This document shows positions 28,021 to 37,863 of a stretch of 64,000 bases of DNA, piece after piece; positions within the stretch are counted from its first letter, which is position 1; every line of letters begins with the position of its first letter. Below the pieces are notes generated by a model. That model saw nothing but the letters and a program-made list of their open reading frames with translations. It searched no databases and was not told the DNA's origin. The DNA comes from an uncultured Chloroflexia bacterium (lineage in GTDB: Bacteria > Chloroflexota > Limnocylindria > Limnocylindrales > CSP1-4). The DNA lies in the NCBI GenBank assembly GCA_963712745.1, contig CAVQJC010000002.1:96001-160000 (forward strand), written 5' to 3'. Both the position numbers and the translations under genes were made by a program.

Positions 28021-28113
28021 AACGGCTCTGCCGAATGGTCGGCCCAGCCAGGACCGGTTCGCCGATCGCCCTGAACGACGACCTTGGGTGACGGCCGGGG
28101 GGAGGGCGAGACC

Positions 28114-28767
28114 CTAGAGGAGGATGACCGAGTCTCCGCCAGGATCCCGAGAAGCCGCCAGTCGCTCGAGTGCGATCGCACCGGGGACTGGGAAGTCGGC
28201 ATGGAAGCCCGCGCCGGCCCCTCGCATGAAGGCACGGTTGTGCCGCGTGTCCGAGAGAAGGAGGATGAGGTGGTCGACTCCACCGTCGCGGCGCTTCAGC
28301 ACCAGGCGGCGCTGCAACGCCTGAGAGTCGCGCGCCCGCGTCTCCGCCTCCACGCCGATCCGCACGGGCGGCATACGGATGAGCGCGTCCCACGCCCTGC
28401 GGTCCCGCACGTTCGGCAAGGGGACCTCCGTCTGCCACAGGATCTCCTCCCCAAGGCGAACCCGCAGTCGCTCGAGCAGGGCCAGGTGGGCACGGTCGCG
28501 CAGCGCGTCGCCACCGGGGTAGGCGCGCACTCGGAGGTCGAGTCCGACCGCGGCCGCGGCTCGAACGAAGTCTGTCAGCGGCAGGAACGGCGATTGGCCT
28601 CGCTCGAGCCGACTCCAGGCCGAGACGGACTTGCCGACCGCGCCACTCACGGAGCGCTGGCTCAGGTTCCGGTCCAGCCGGGCCTCTCGTATCTCCCGGC
28701 CGAGGTCCATGACGATCAGGCGGGCGACCCTTCGCGCCCGGTCGTCGCTGCGCTCATGTCCTGACAT
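28114..28767 (-). CDS. XRE-type HTH fused to a PD-(D/E)xK/DUF559-like putative nuclease domain
   Basis: GREIREARLDRNLSQRSVS..VGKSVSAWSRLERG HTH; C-terminal WQTEVPL...AWDAL...IGVEAETR. Confidence 0.75.
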   Translation of the reverse strand: MSGHERSDDRARRVARLIVMDLGREIREARLDRNLSQRSVSGAVGKSVSAWSRLERGQSPFLPLTDFVRAAAAVGLDLRVRAYPGGDALRDRAHLALLERLRVRLGEEILWQTEVPLPNVRDRRAWDALIRMPPVRIGVEAETRARDSQALQRRLVLKRRDGGVDHLILLLSDTRHNRAFMRGAGAGFHADFPVPGAIALERLAASRDPGGDSVILL

Positions 28768-28928
28768 GGGTGCGATGGTGACGGTCGGCCCTTACCTGGC
28801 GCTTCACTCGACCGTATCCGGGTGCATGTCTACATTGCGTGTCCTGGGTCGAAGCAGTTGGCGTGTTCCTCCTCGCAGGCCGGTGTCAGGCGGCGAGGAG
28901 GTCTCGTCCAGGGGCTTGACCGGCGCGT

Positions 28929-29076
28929 TCCCGTTCAGCGGGAGAAGTCGACGTCATCGAGCCTGGGTATGCCGCGGCCATTGCGCTCAGTGCAACGGAC
29001 GGACAGTGCGTCCCGTTCAATGGGAATCCAAGACCGAATCGGGAGTTGGTGTGTCGCGTTGTCCCGCTCAGCGAGA
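28929..29076. repeat. Right dyad array (TCCCGYTCARYGRGA)
   Basis: Dyads at 28929, 28981 (degenerate TTGCGCTCAGTGCAA), 29011 and 29062. Confidence 0.8.
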
Positions 29077-29090
29077 ACCGGTTCAGGGGC

Positions 29091-29238
29091 ACGCGGCAGG
29101 GGCCCGCAGGTGCGCGGCAGGGCACGCAGGAAGGGCACGCAGAAGCAGGATGCGCAGGTGCGCGGCAGGGGCCCGCAGGTGCGCGGCAGGGCACGCAGGA
29201 ATGGCACGCAGAAGCAGGATGCGCAGGTGCGCGCGGCA
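29091..29238. repeat. About 69-bp tandem duplication built from GCAGG-rich subunits
   Basis: GCGGCAGGGGCCCGCAGGTGCGCGGCAGGGCACGCAGGAA...GCAGGATGCGCAGGTGC occurs twice. Confidence 0.8.
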
Positions 29239-29285
29239 GACCCAAGTGGCCGCAGGGCTCAGGCCCCGGGCTCCGGCCGTAGGGC

Positions 29286-29828
29286 TCAGGCCTCCGTGCC
29301 GGCCTCCCCGGACTCGGCCGCTGGCGGGCCCTCTCCGGCCGGCGGACCCTCGCCGGCGCCGGAGCCGTCATCGTCGGCTGCCGTGCTCCCGCCCTCGACC
29401 GACTCGGCGGTGTCGAACGCGCCAAGCTCCATCTGGATGTAGCCGGGCGCGACCTGGAACGGCAGCGGCTCCTGCACGACCTCCTCGCCTTCGCCACCCG
29501 GCGGTGGCACGAACTCGAGCACCACGCGCTCATCGCTCTGCACCAGGGTGTAGGTGATGAGCTGATCGGGCCGCGTCTCGAACTCGAGGTGCTCCCAGGA
29601 GGCCACCGAAAGGCAGATGGAGAGGGGCGTGAAGAAGGAGGAGACGTCGGGCCGGTCGGCCACGATGCGCTCGACCCAGCCGGTCCCATGCGACACGACC
29701 TCGCGTCCACGGACGTAGCGGTAGGCCACGGTCTGGCGCAGCAGCGGCCGCAGCAGGTGATAGATGTCGACGGGGTTCGAGACCAGCCCAGCGTTGACGA
29801 AGAACTTGGCCGGCAGCTCCCTCGACAC
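29286..29828 (-). CDS. Hypothetical protein
   Basis: GTG start after GGGAGG; globular-looking N-terminal region with an acidic tail. Confidence 0.75.
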   Translation of the reverse strand: MSRELPAKFFVNAGLVSNPVDIYHLLRPLLRQTVAYRYVRGREVVSHGTGWVERIVADRPDVSSFFTPLSICLSVASWEHLEFETRPDQLITYTLVQSDERVVLEFVPPPGGEGEEVVQEPLPFQVAPGYIQMELGAFDTAESVEGGSTAADDDGSGAGEGPPAGEGPPAAESGEAGTEA

Positions 29829-29998
29829 GCACCCTCCCGCAGCATGCGGCCCGCGTCCGCTTCGGACCATTCGACGACGTCGCGGCCGATGGTATCGCAG
29901 AGTCCTGCCCCTCGGCCCGCCCCCGTCGCACTCCGTCGGACTCCGCCGCAGCCGCCATGCACCGGCCGAGCCTGCCTCACGGGCCTATCATCGGCAGC

Positions 29999-30823
29999 GT
30001 GATCCTGGCAGTGGACATCGGCAACAGCGCCGCCAAGGCCGCACTCGTGGATGGGGCGAGCATCCTCGCGTCGGGCCGGCTGGACACGTCCTCGGCCAGT
30101 ACGGAGGACCTAGCCGACGGGCTGCGCGTGCTCACCGGCAGACCCGAGGAAGCGCCCACCCGCATCATCACGGTCAGCGTCGTGGACCGCTGGACCGAAC
30201 GACTGGAGCACGTGGCCGACGAGCTGGGCCTCCCGCTCACCGTCGTCGCGGCCAGCCATATCCCCATCAGCACCGCGCTGGTGCGCCCGGACCAGACCGG
30301 CCCCGACCGCCTCATCGCGGCCTGGGCAGCGGCGCAGCTGCACGGCACGCCGGTCATCGTGGTCGACCTGGGTACGGCCACCACTGTCGATGCCGTCGAT
30401 GCCGACGGCTTCTTCCTGGGCGGGGCCATCCTGCCGGGCCTGGGCCTCGCCGCCGACTCGCTTGCCGAAGGCACGGCCCGCCTGCCGCGTGTCGAGCCCG
30501 CGTTGCCGCCAGACGCCATCGGCAGCGACACCACCTCTGCCATCGCCAGCGGCGTGGTCTTCGGTCATATCGGTGCCGTACGCGAGCTCGCCCTGCGCAT
30601 GCATGAGCGCATCGAGCCCGGCACCCCCCGGCGGGCGCCGACCAAGGTCGTCGTCACCGGCGGCTATGCTGCAGCCGCGTGGGCCGAGGCCGCCTGGCGC
30701 GCACCCGCCGCAGCAGGTTTGCCGGCCATCGCCGACGTGCTCGACCCCGATCTCGTGCTGCGCGGGCTCGGCCTGCTCGCCGAGCACATGGGCGCGCGGC
30801 CATCCGCAGGAGCCACCCGATGA
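29999..30823 (+). CDS. coaX: Type III pantothenate kinase
   Basis: LAVDIGNS, GPDR, VVDLGTATTVD, GGAILPG. Confidence 0.95.
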   Translation: MILAVDIGNSAAKAALVDGASILASGRLDTSSASTEDLADGLRVLTGRPEEAPTRIITVSVVDRWTERLEHVADELGLPLTVVAASHIPISTALVRPDQTGPDRLIAAWAAAQLHGTPVIVVDLGTATTVDAVDADGFFLGGAILPGLGLAADSLAEGTARLPRVEPALPPDAIGSDTTSAIASGVVFGHIGAVRELALRMHERIEPGTPRRAPTKVVVTGGYAAAAWAEAAWRAPAAAGLPAIADVLDPDLVLRGLGLLAEHMGARPSAGATR

Positions 30824-32139
30824 CCGACCAGACCAACCCCAAGCCCGCCGACCGTCCGCTCCAGGGACGGTTGATCCTGCTCGGCGTGACCGGCTCCATC
30901 GCCGCCTACAAGGGGGCCGAGTTGCTGCGCGAGTTCGTCCGCGCAGGAGCCGAGGTACAGGTGATGATGAGCGAGGCCGCGACCCACTTCATCGGCACGC
31001 TGACGATGGAGGCGCTCTCAGGACGGGCGGTCATGCTCGACCCCCTCGAGCTGCAGTCCGACAGCCGTATCGGGCACATCGTCGCCGCCGACGCGGCCGA
31101 CGCCATCCTCGTCGCGCCCGCCACAGCCCGCTGGCTGGGGGCCATGGCCAACGGCCTGGCCAACGACGTCATCACCGCCACCTGCCTGGCCTCGAGTGCG
31201 CCGGTGGTGGTGGCGCCGGCCATGGACGGCGACATGTACGTCCATCCGGCCACCGTGGCCAACGTGGCCCGGCTGCGCGAGTTCGGCTACACCATCGTCG
31301 ACCCCGACACCGGCGCCCTGGCCTCTGGACAGGAAGGCATCGGCCGGCTCGTCGACCTGCCCACGCTGGTCGAGGCCGTGACGCAGGCCATCACCGGACG
31401 AGCCATTCGCCAGCCCGATCCCGCGTCCCGGCCGCCGCGTTTCGAGCCTCCACGTGAGGCCGACCTTGCGGGCATGCATCTCGTCGTCAGCGCCGGCGGC
31501 AACGCCGAGCCCATCGACCCGGTGCGCTTCATCGGCAACCGCTCCAGCGGCAAGATGGGCATGGCCATCGCGGCGGCGGCCATGGCCCGGGGCGCGCGCG
31601 TGACCCTGGTCAAGGGCACGACCAGCGTCGAACCGCCCGCCGGCGCGGACGTGGTGGAGGCCGAGACGGCCGCTGCCATGCGCGAGGCCGTCCTGGGCGC
31701 CCTCCCCACCGCCGATGCCCTGATCATGGCCGCAGCAGTGGCCGACTTCCGCCCCATCGACAGCGCGAGCGCCAAGATCGCCCGTGCCGATGGCCTCGAC
31801 CTGCGCCTGGAGCCAACGACGGACATCCTGGCCGAGGCTGCGGCCCGGGCACGCGCGACCGGCGAGGGTCCCACCGCGCGCCCGGTCATCGTCGGCTTCG
31901 CGGCCGAGACCGGCTCGCTCGATCGCGCTCCTGAGAAAGCCGCGCGCAAGGGCGTCGACCTGCTGGTGGCCAACGACGTGTCCGAGCCCGGATCGGGCTT
32001 CGGCACCGATACCAACCGCGTGACCCTCGTCGTGCCCGGGCGCGAGCCGGAGCCCTGGCCGCTGCTGACGAAGGCGCAGGTGGCCGACCGCCTGCTCGAC
32101 CGTGTCGCAGCACTGCGGGCCGGAACGGGTGCAGAATGA
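30820..32139 (+). CDS. coaBC: Phosphopantothenoylcysteine decarboxylase/ligase
   Basis: GVTGSIAAYK, APAM, EPIDPVRFIGNRSSGKMG, VGFAAET. Confidence 0.97.
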   Translation: MTDQTNPKPADRPLQGRLILLGVTGSIAAYKGAELLREFVRAGAEVQVMMSEAATHFIGTLTMEALSGRAVMLDPLELQSDSRIGHIVAADAADAILVAPATARWLGAMANGLANDVITATCLASSAPVVVAPAMDGDMYVHPATVANVARLREFGYTIVDPDTGALASGQEGIGRLVDLPTLVEAVTQAITGRAIRQPDPASRPPRFEPPREADLAGMHLVVSAGGNAEPIDPVRFIGNRSSGKMGMAIAAAAMARGARVTLVKGTTSVEPPAGADVVEAETAAAMREAVLGALPTADALIMAAAVADFRPIDSASAKIARADGLDLRLEPTTDILAEAAARARATGEGPTARPVIVGFAAETGSLDRAPEKAARKGVDLLVANDVSEPGSGFGTDTNRVTLVVPGREPEPWPLLTKAQVADRLLDRVAALRAGTGAE

Positions 32140-32143
32140 CGCC

Positions 32144-33052
32144 ATGAGCGCCAGCAAGCCAGCCCGCCGCATCACCATCGCCGACATCGCCCGCATGTAC
32201 GAAGAGGGTGAGCGCTTCGCGACCATCACCGCGTACGACTTCCCCACCGCGCGCATCGTCGACGAAGCCGGTATCCCGCTCATCCTCGTGGGCGACTCGC
32301 TGGGCATGGTCATGCTCGGCTACGACACCACCGTCCGCGTCAGCATCGACGAGATGCTCCACCACACCCGCGCGGTGGCGCGAGGCGCCAAGCGCGCCCT
32401 CGTGGTCGGTGACATGCCCTTCCTCAGCTACGGCGTCAGCCAGGAGGTATCGGTCAAGCACGCCGGACGCTTCCTTTCGGAGGCCTACGCGCACGCAGTC
32501 AAGATCGAGGGTGGCGTGCGCTCGGCCCGGACCATGGAAGCCATCGTCAGCAGCGGCATCCCCGTGATGGGCCACATCGGCCTGACGCCACAGGCGGTCA
32601 ACCAGCTCGGCGGCTTCCGAGTCCAGGGGCGCTCGAAGGAGTCCGCGCGCAAGCTCATCGCCGACGCCCTGGCTGTACAGGAGGCGGGCGCCTTCGCGGT
32701 CGTGCTCGAGCTCGTCCCCGCAGAGCTGTCGCGAGCCATAACCGAGCGCCTGTCCATCCCCACTATCGGTATCGGCGCCGGCCCTTACACCTCGGGTGAG
32801 ATCCAGGTGGTGACAGACGTGATCGGCCTGACCCAGGGCTTCACGCCCAGGCACGCGCGCCGCTTCGGCGAGGTCGGCGAGGCGCTCTCGCAGGCGGTGA
32901 GGGCCTATCGCGATGCTGTGCTCAGCGGCGAGTTTCCGGCCGAAGCCGAATCCAGCTCGATGGACGAGAGCGTGCTGGCCGAGGTCCTCGGGCGCAGCGA
33001 GCTGGACCAGGCCTCCTCGCGCACGTCCATCCCGCTCGATCACGACCTCTGA
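32144..33052 (+). CDS. panB: 3-methyl-2-oxobutanoate hydroxymethyltransferase
   Basis: TAYD, LVGDSLGM, DMPFLSY, GHIGLTPQ, IGIGAG. Confidence 0.97.
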   Translation: MSASKPARRITIADIARMYEEGERFATITAYDFPTARIVDEAGIPLILVGDSLGMVMLGYDTTVRVSIDEMLHHTRAVARGAKRALVVGDMPFLSYGVSQEVSVKHAGRFLSEAYAHAVKIEGGVRSARTMEAIVSSGIPVMGHIGLTPQAVNQLGGFRVQGRSKESARKLIADALAVQEAGAFAVVLELVPAELSRAITERLSIPTIGIGAGPYTSGEIQVVTDVIGLTQGFTPRHARRFGEVGEALSQAVRAYRDAVLSGEFPAEAESSSMDESVLAEVLGRSELDQASSRTSIPLDHDL

Positions 33053-33071
33053 GCCGACCCGCGTTCGGCCG

Positions 33072-33917
33072 ATGACGCGCGTCCTGCACACCCGCGCCGG
33101 ATTGCGCGGGGCCCTGGCACAGGTGCCGCGGCCGGTCGGCCTGGTGCCCACCATGGGCTGGCTGCACGAGGGTCACCGGGCGCTGATGCGCCGGGCACGA
33201 GAGGAGAACGCCACGACGGTGGCCACCATCTTCGTCAACCCGCGCCAGTTCAACCAGGCCTCCGATTTCACTCAGTACCCACGCGACACCAAGGCCGACC
33301 TGGCCATCTGCGAGGCGGAAGGCATCGACATCGTGTGGCTGCCCGATGTCGAGGAGGTCTACCCGCCGGGCTTCGACACTACCGTCAGCGTGGGTGCCGT
33401 AGCCCAGCCGCTGGAGGGTGCGGCCCGGCCCGGCCACTTCGAGGGCGTGGCTACGGTGGTGGCGCTGCTCTTCGGACTGGTGGGCGCCGAACACGCCTAC
33501 TTCGGCCAGAAGGATGCCCAGCAGGTCATGGTCATCACGCGCATGGCGACCGACCTGGCCCTGCCCACGCAGGTCATCCCCTGCCCCACCGTGCGCGAGC
33601 CCGATGGCCTCGCGCTGTCGTCTCGCAATGTCCACCTCAGCGCGCAGGAGCGCGCGGCGGCGCCCGTCCTGCAGCGTGCCCTGCGCGCCGCGCGAGAGGC
33701 CTACGACGGCGGTGAGCGCGATGGCGACGCCCTGCGGGCGCTGATGGAGGAGGTGCTGGCCATCGAGCCGCTGGCGCAAGTCGAATACGTCTCGGTGGCC
33801 GATGCCCTTACCTTGCGTGAGCTGCAACGGATCGAGGGCCCGGCGCTGTTCTCGATGGCCGTCGTGTTCGGGACCACGCGCCTGATCGACAACGAGCTCG
33901 TAGGAGTGAAGGAGTAG
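33072..33917 (+). CDS. panC: Pantoate--beta-alanine ligase
   Basis: VPTMGWLHEGH, FVNPRQF, FGQKDAQQ, REPDGLALSSRN. Confidence 0.97.
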   Translation: MTRVLHTRAGLRGALAQVPRPVGLVPTMGWLHEGHRALMRRAREENATTVATIFVNPRQFNQASDFTQYPRDTKADLAICEAEGIDIVWLPDVEEVYPPGFDTTVSVGAVAQPLEGAARPGHFEGVATVVALLFGLVGAEHAYFGQKDAQQVMVITRMATDLALPTQVIPCPTVREPDGLALSSRNVHLSAQERAAAPVLQRALRAAREAYDGGERDGDALRALMEEVLAIEPLAQVEYVSVADALTLRELQRIEGPALFSMAVVFGTTRLIDNELVGVKE

Positions 33918-33920
33918 ACC

Positions 33921-34881
33921 GTGCGCATCGCCGCCGCCAACAACCACTCGGCCTGGGGCCGGCCCGACGCGGGGGCCGAGCGTGTGGCCGAATGGATCGG
34001 CCGTGCCGGCGACGAGGGTGTGGACCTGCTCGCGTTCGGGGAGACGCATCTCGGCGGCTACCCGTTCTGGATCGGCGACACCGGAGGCGCCCGCTTCAAC
34101 GACCCCGACCAGAAACGCGCCTATGCCTACTACCTCGACGCGGCCGTGGAGCTGGAGGGCCCGCAGCTGCGCCTGGTCGCCGAGGCCACAGCAGAGCACC
34201 GCGTCTTCACCTACCTGGGCATCGCCGAGCGCCGGGCCGCCACCGCCCGCGGCTCGGTCTATGCCACGCTCGTGGCCATCGACCCGGACAAGGGCATCGT
34301 CTCCGCGCATCGCAAGGTGCAGCCGACCTACGAGGAGCGCCTGGCCTGGGCGCCCGGCGACGGCAACGGGTTGCGCGTGCACACCTTCACCGGGCGCGAG
34401 GGCGAGACGGCACGGGTGGGCGGGCTCAACTGCTGGGAGAACTGGCTGCCCCAGGCGCGCCTGGCGATGTACGCGGGCGGAGAGGACATCCATGTCAGCG
34501 CCTGGCCGGGTGCCGTGCGCCTGACAGCTGACATCACCCGCTTCATCGCCCGCGAGGGACGTGTCTTCTCGCTCGCTGCGGGCACGATCGATCTCGAGCA
34601 CGGACATCCCCGCCGACTTCCCGCTCAGCGACCGTATCGAGGCGGGTGACTGGACCGATGGCGGCGGCGCCATCGCCGGCCCGGATGGCGCATGGCTGCA
34701 GGAGCCGGCCACAGAGGAGGGGCTGGTCATCGCCGACATCGACCTCGCCCGGGTGCGCGAGGAGCGCCACAACTTCGACCCCACGGGGCACTACTCGCGC
34801 TCGGACATCTTCCAGCTCAAGGTCGACCGGCGCCGTCTGTCAGTGGCCGAGCTCAGCGAGGATCTTCCGAGCCTCGACTGA
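33921..34881 (+). CDS. Nitrilase (carbon-nitrogen hydrolase); frameshift near 34595
   Basis: E-K-C triad (FGET, HRKVQPTYEER, LNCWEN); C-terminal FDPTGHYSR lies in the shifted frame. Confidence 0.88.
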
Positions 34882-36172
34882 CCCCGGCCAGGCGGGAGGC
34901 GCGTTCGGCGATACGCAGAAAGCCGCGACGCATGAGCGCCCGGCCTCTGGCCGTTCCATCAGGGTCGACGTCGTGGATGTCGACCGGCACAGACAGCGGC
35001 CGTCTGGAGACATCGAGGCGCTCCAGCAGCGCGTCGACGTCGAAGTGCTCGGCCACCACCTGCTTGATGACCTCGATCTTGGTGCGGTCCTGGACATGCG
35101 TCTTGATGAGCAGGCCGTGGATCTGCTTGGCCATGGGGTAGATCTCGTCGGGCACGAGCAGCGCGAAGATACCGGCCTTGCGCAAGGCCTCGATGTCCCG
35201 GTCGCTCGGCCGCCGGTCGTTGGTGAAGACCATGCCCGCCAGCAGCAAGGCCGCGGGATCGTCGGGGACACGCCCGAAGCGCGACCGATTGCGCAGCCGG
35301 TCGAGCAGCCCCGGTTCCTGGTTGAGCTGCCGCTGCGTCTCGTTGGCGGCGATGGTGGCGTGGATGATGTCCTGGCGGTCACCCTGCACGATGAGCAGCG
35401 AACCGGGCCCGATCTTCTCCAGCACGTGACGGGCCTGGCCGGAGCCGATGGCCACGTGCTCGATGAGCCGGTCCATGTCCTCACCCGATGAGAGGAGCTC
35501 GCCGCTCAGCTGCTCGAGCAGCATCGAGAGGGTGGGATGAGCCAGCACCGGACGGTAGGGCAGCACGCCCAAGAGCTCGATGCCGTGGAGGGCGAGGCCC
35601 TTGGCCAGCGTCTCGGGCAGCGATGGGTCGGAATCCACGTCGACCTTGTTGATGACTGCGCCCACGAGCGGCACGCCGCGGCGGGCAAAGAGCGCCTGGT
35701 TGAGCACGATCTCGTCGATGGGCCGGCCGATGCCACCCTCGCTGATGATCACCGCCGGAGCGCCCATGCGCGCGGCCACGTCGGCATTGGAGAGACCGAC
35801 CACGGCACCGACACCAGCATGCCCGGTGCCCTCGATGAGGAGCACGTCGCGCCCTTGGACGAGGTGCCCGTGCGCGACGTCGATCCTGACCGCCAGGTCC
35901 TCCACCACCTCGCCGCGGATGAACCTCTTGGTGAAGCCGCGCGGGATGTGCACCGGGCTCATGTCCTCGAGCGGGTCGTCGAGGCCGAAGAGCTCCTGCA
36001 TCAGGATCGCGTCCTCGTCGGCAGGGATGTCGCCGACCATGGCGTAGCGCTGACCGACGGGCTTGGTGAAGGCGGTCGAGATGCCCCTATCGATGAGCGA
36101 GGCGAGCAGGCCCAGGGCGAACGTCGTCTTGCCGTGATTGCGGCCGGTGGCCGCGAGATAGACCTGGCGCAT
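34853..36172 (-). CDS. Pta N-terminal-like (BioD-like AAA + DRTGG) protein
   Basis: ATGRNHGKTT, KPVGQ, IEGTGHAGVG, QGDRQD. Confidence 0.85.
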   Translation of the reverse strand: MRQVYLAATGRNHGKTTFALGLLASLIDRGISTAFTKPVGQRYAMVGDIPADEDAILMQELFGLDDPLEDMSPVHIPRGFTKRFIRGEVVEDLAVRIDVAHGHLVQGRDVLLIEGTGHAGVGAVVGLSNADVAARMGAPAVIISEGGIGRPIDEIVLNQALFARRGVPLVGAVINKVDVDSDPSLPETLAKGLALHGIELLGVLPYRPVLAHPTLSMLLEQLSGELLSSGEDMDRLIEHVAIGSGQARHVLEKIGPGSLLIVQGDRQDIIHATIAANETQRQLNQEPGLLDRLRNRSRFGRVPDDPAALLLAGMVFTNDRRPSDRDIEALRKAGIFALLVPDEIYPMAKQIHGLLIKTHVQDRTKIEVIKQVVAEHFDVDALLERLDVSRRPLSVPVDIHDVDPDGTARGRALMRRGFLRIAERASRLAGVSRGSEDPR

Positions 36173-36211
36173 GGCTCCAAGGGTACGCGCCGGACCCGGT
36201 AGCATCAGGGA

Positions 36212-36817
36212 GTGAATACCGTCGTCTTCGATCTGGGCGGGGTCCTCGTGGACTGGGACCCGCGCTACCTGCTGCGGAAGGTCATGCCCGGCCGAGAGGC
36301 CGAGATGGAGACCCTCATCGCCGATGTCCTCAACCATGGATGGAACCTCGAGCGCGACACCGGCGACTCGTGGGCCGACGCCATCGCCCGCGCCAAGGTG
36401 GAGCACCCGCAGTGGGCGGACATCTTCGACGTCTACACCGCGCGCTGGGCCGAGACGCTCGGTGGGTCGCACGAGGACAGTGTGGCCATCCTGCACGAGC
36501 TCAAGGACCGCGGTATACCGTTGTATGCGCTAAGCAACTGGTCAGCTGAGATGTTCCCCCACGCGGAGGCCAGGTACGACTGGCTGGGCCTGTTCGACGG
36601 CATCGTGGTCTCCGGCCGCATCGGCCTCATCAAGCCCGAGCGGCCCATCTTCGACTACCTGCTGGAAACCTACGGGCTCGCGGCGGGGGACATCCTCTTC
36701 ATCGACGACCATGAGCCGAACATCGTGGCAGCTCGTTCGTACGGCATCCACAGCCACCATTTCGAGGGAGCCGCCGACCTACGCGCGGAGCTCGTGAGCG
36801 AGGGCTTCCTGGGCTAG
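36212..36817 (+). CDS. HAD-family phosphatase
   Basis: VVFDLGGVL, ALSNW, KP, FIDD. Confidence 0.92.
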   Translation: MNTVVFDLGGVLVDWDPRYLLRKVMPGREAEMETLIADVLNHGWNLERDTGDSWADAIARAKVEHPQWADIFDVYTARWAETLGGSHEDSVAILHELKDRGIPLYALSNWSAEMFPHAEARYDWLGLFDGIVVSGRIGLIKPERPIFDYLLETYGLAAGDILFIDDHEPNIVAARSYGIHSHHFEGAADLRAELVSEGFLG

Positions 36818-36949
36818 CGACACACCAGCCAGACCGAAGTTGTGTGGTCCGTTGGTGTCACTAGGGGTTTCGACATAGCACCAGGCCACTTACCCTTTCC
36901 CATGCAGTCCGAGACCCTCCATCGGACCGAACCACAGGGAGAGGTGCGC

Positions 36950-37678
36950 ATGCACAAGTTCCGTCAGGCCGTCCTCGTCGCCTCCGCGACGGCACTCGTA
37001 CTGACCGCCTTTGCCGCCCCCGCCGCGGCCGGCCCGGGCAAGGCCACCATCGGCATCGTCAACGGCATCCCCAACACCCGCGTGGACATCTGCGTCAACG
37101 GCAAGGAGCTGCGCAGCGCGGCCAAGTACGGCCAGGCCGTGGCCAAGGTCGTGCAGGCCGGGTCGAAGATCGGTCAAGATCTTCCAGAAGGACCCGCGGA
37201 TCTGCCGGGGCGAGGTCTCGCCAAGAAGACCATGAACCTGCCCGCAGGCTCGGACTTCACGCTCGTCTTCACCAAGAAGGCCCCCAAGTGGGTCAAGTTC
37301 AACAACGCCGGGCTCGGCCAGATCTGGCCCAACGGCGTGGCCGCTACGACAGCGCACATGGCCTGGCGCCACGCCGCCGACCTCGGCACGGTCTCGGCTC
37401 GCTACAGCTTCGGTCTTCCCGCCCCGGCGCCGTCCGCGGTTGAGCAGCCCTGGACCAAGGGACAGCAGATCCCGCTCGCATCGGTCCCGCCTTGGGCCCC
37501 GGGCGGCGCGTCGTATGCGCTCAGTTTCGCCCGCCTCGACAAGCCTGGCGATCTCGCTCGATCCAAGCCGGTCTACGCGAAGGCCGGCGTTCGCTACGAG
37601 TTCTACCTGCTCGGCACGTGGGCCGGCAACGCCAAGGTCATCATCTGGAAGCGGCAGGTCACCGCACCAAGCCTGTAG
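36950..37678 (+). CDS. Secreted DUF4397-like protein, paralog 1 (compensating frameshift pair near 37168 and 37217)
   Basis: Signal peptide; IVNGIP..VDICVNG. The paralog-like segment VKIFQKDPRICRGEV lies in another frame. Confidence 0.75.
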   Translation: MHKFRQAVLVASATALVLTAFAAPAAAGPGKATIGIVNGIPNTRVDICVNGKELRSAAKYGQAVAKVVQAGSKIGQDLPEGPADLPGRGLAKKTMNLPAGSDFTLVFTKKAPKWVKFNNAGLGQIWPNGVAATTAHMAWRHAADLGTVSARYSFGLPAPAPSAVEQPWTKGQQIPLASVPPWAPGGASYALSFARLDKPGDLARSKPVYAKAGVRYEFYLLGTWAGNAKVIIWKRQVTAPSL

Positions 37679-37701
37679 CCATCCCTACCTCGACGTCGCT
37701 G

Positions 37702-37732
37702 GAGGGGCCGGCCCACATCGGGTCGGCCCCTC
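37702..37732 (+). terminator. Hairpin after paralog 1
   Basis: GAGGGGCCGGCCC-ACATC-GGGTCGGCCCCTC. Confidence 0.6.
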
Positions 37733-37863
37733 CTCCTGTGTTCGGCAGCACGGGCGACCCCGGCGATACCGATCGAGCGGTCAAGTCCGCTTGCGGGCAG
37801 GCCTATCCTGACCAGTAGGGACCGGGGGAGTCCCTCGGTCCGTGTGCGAAGGGGGTAGGACAC

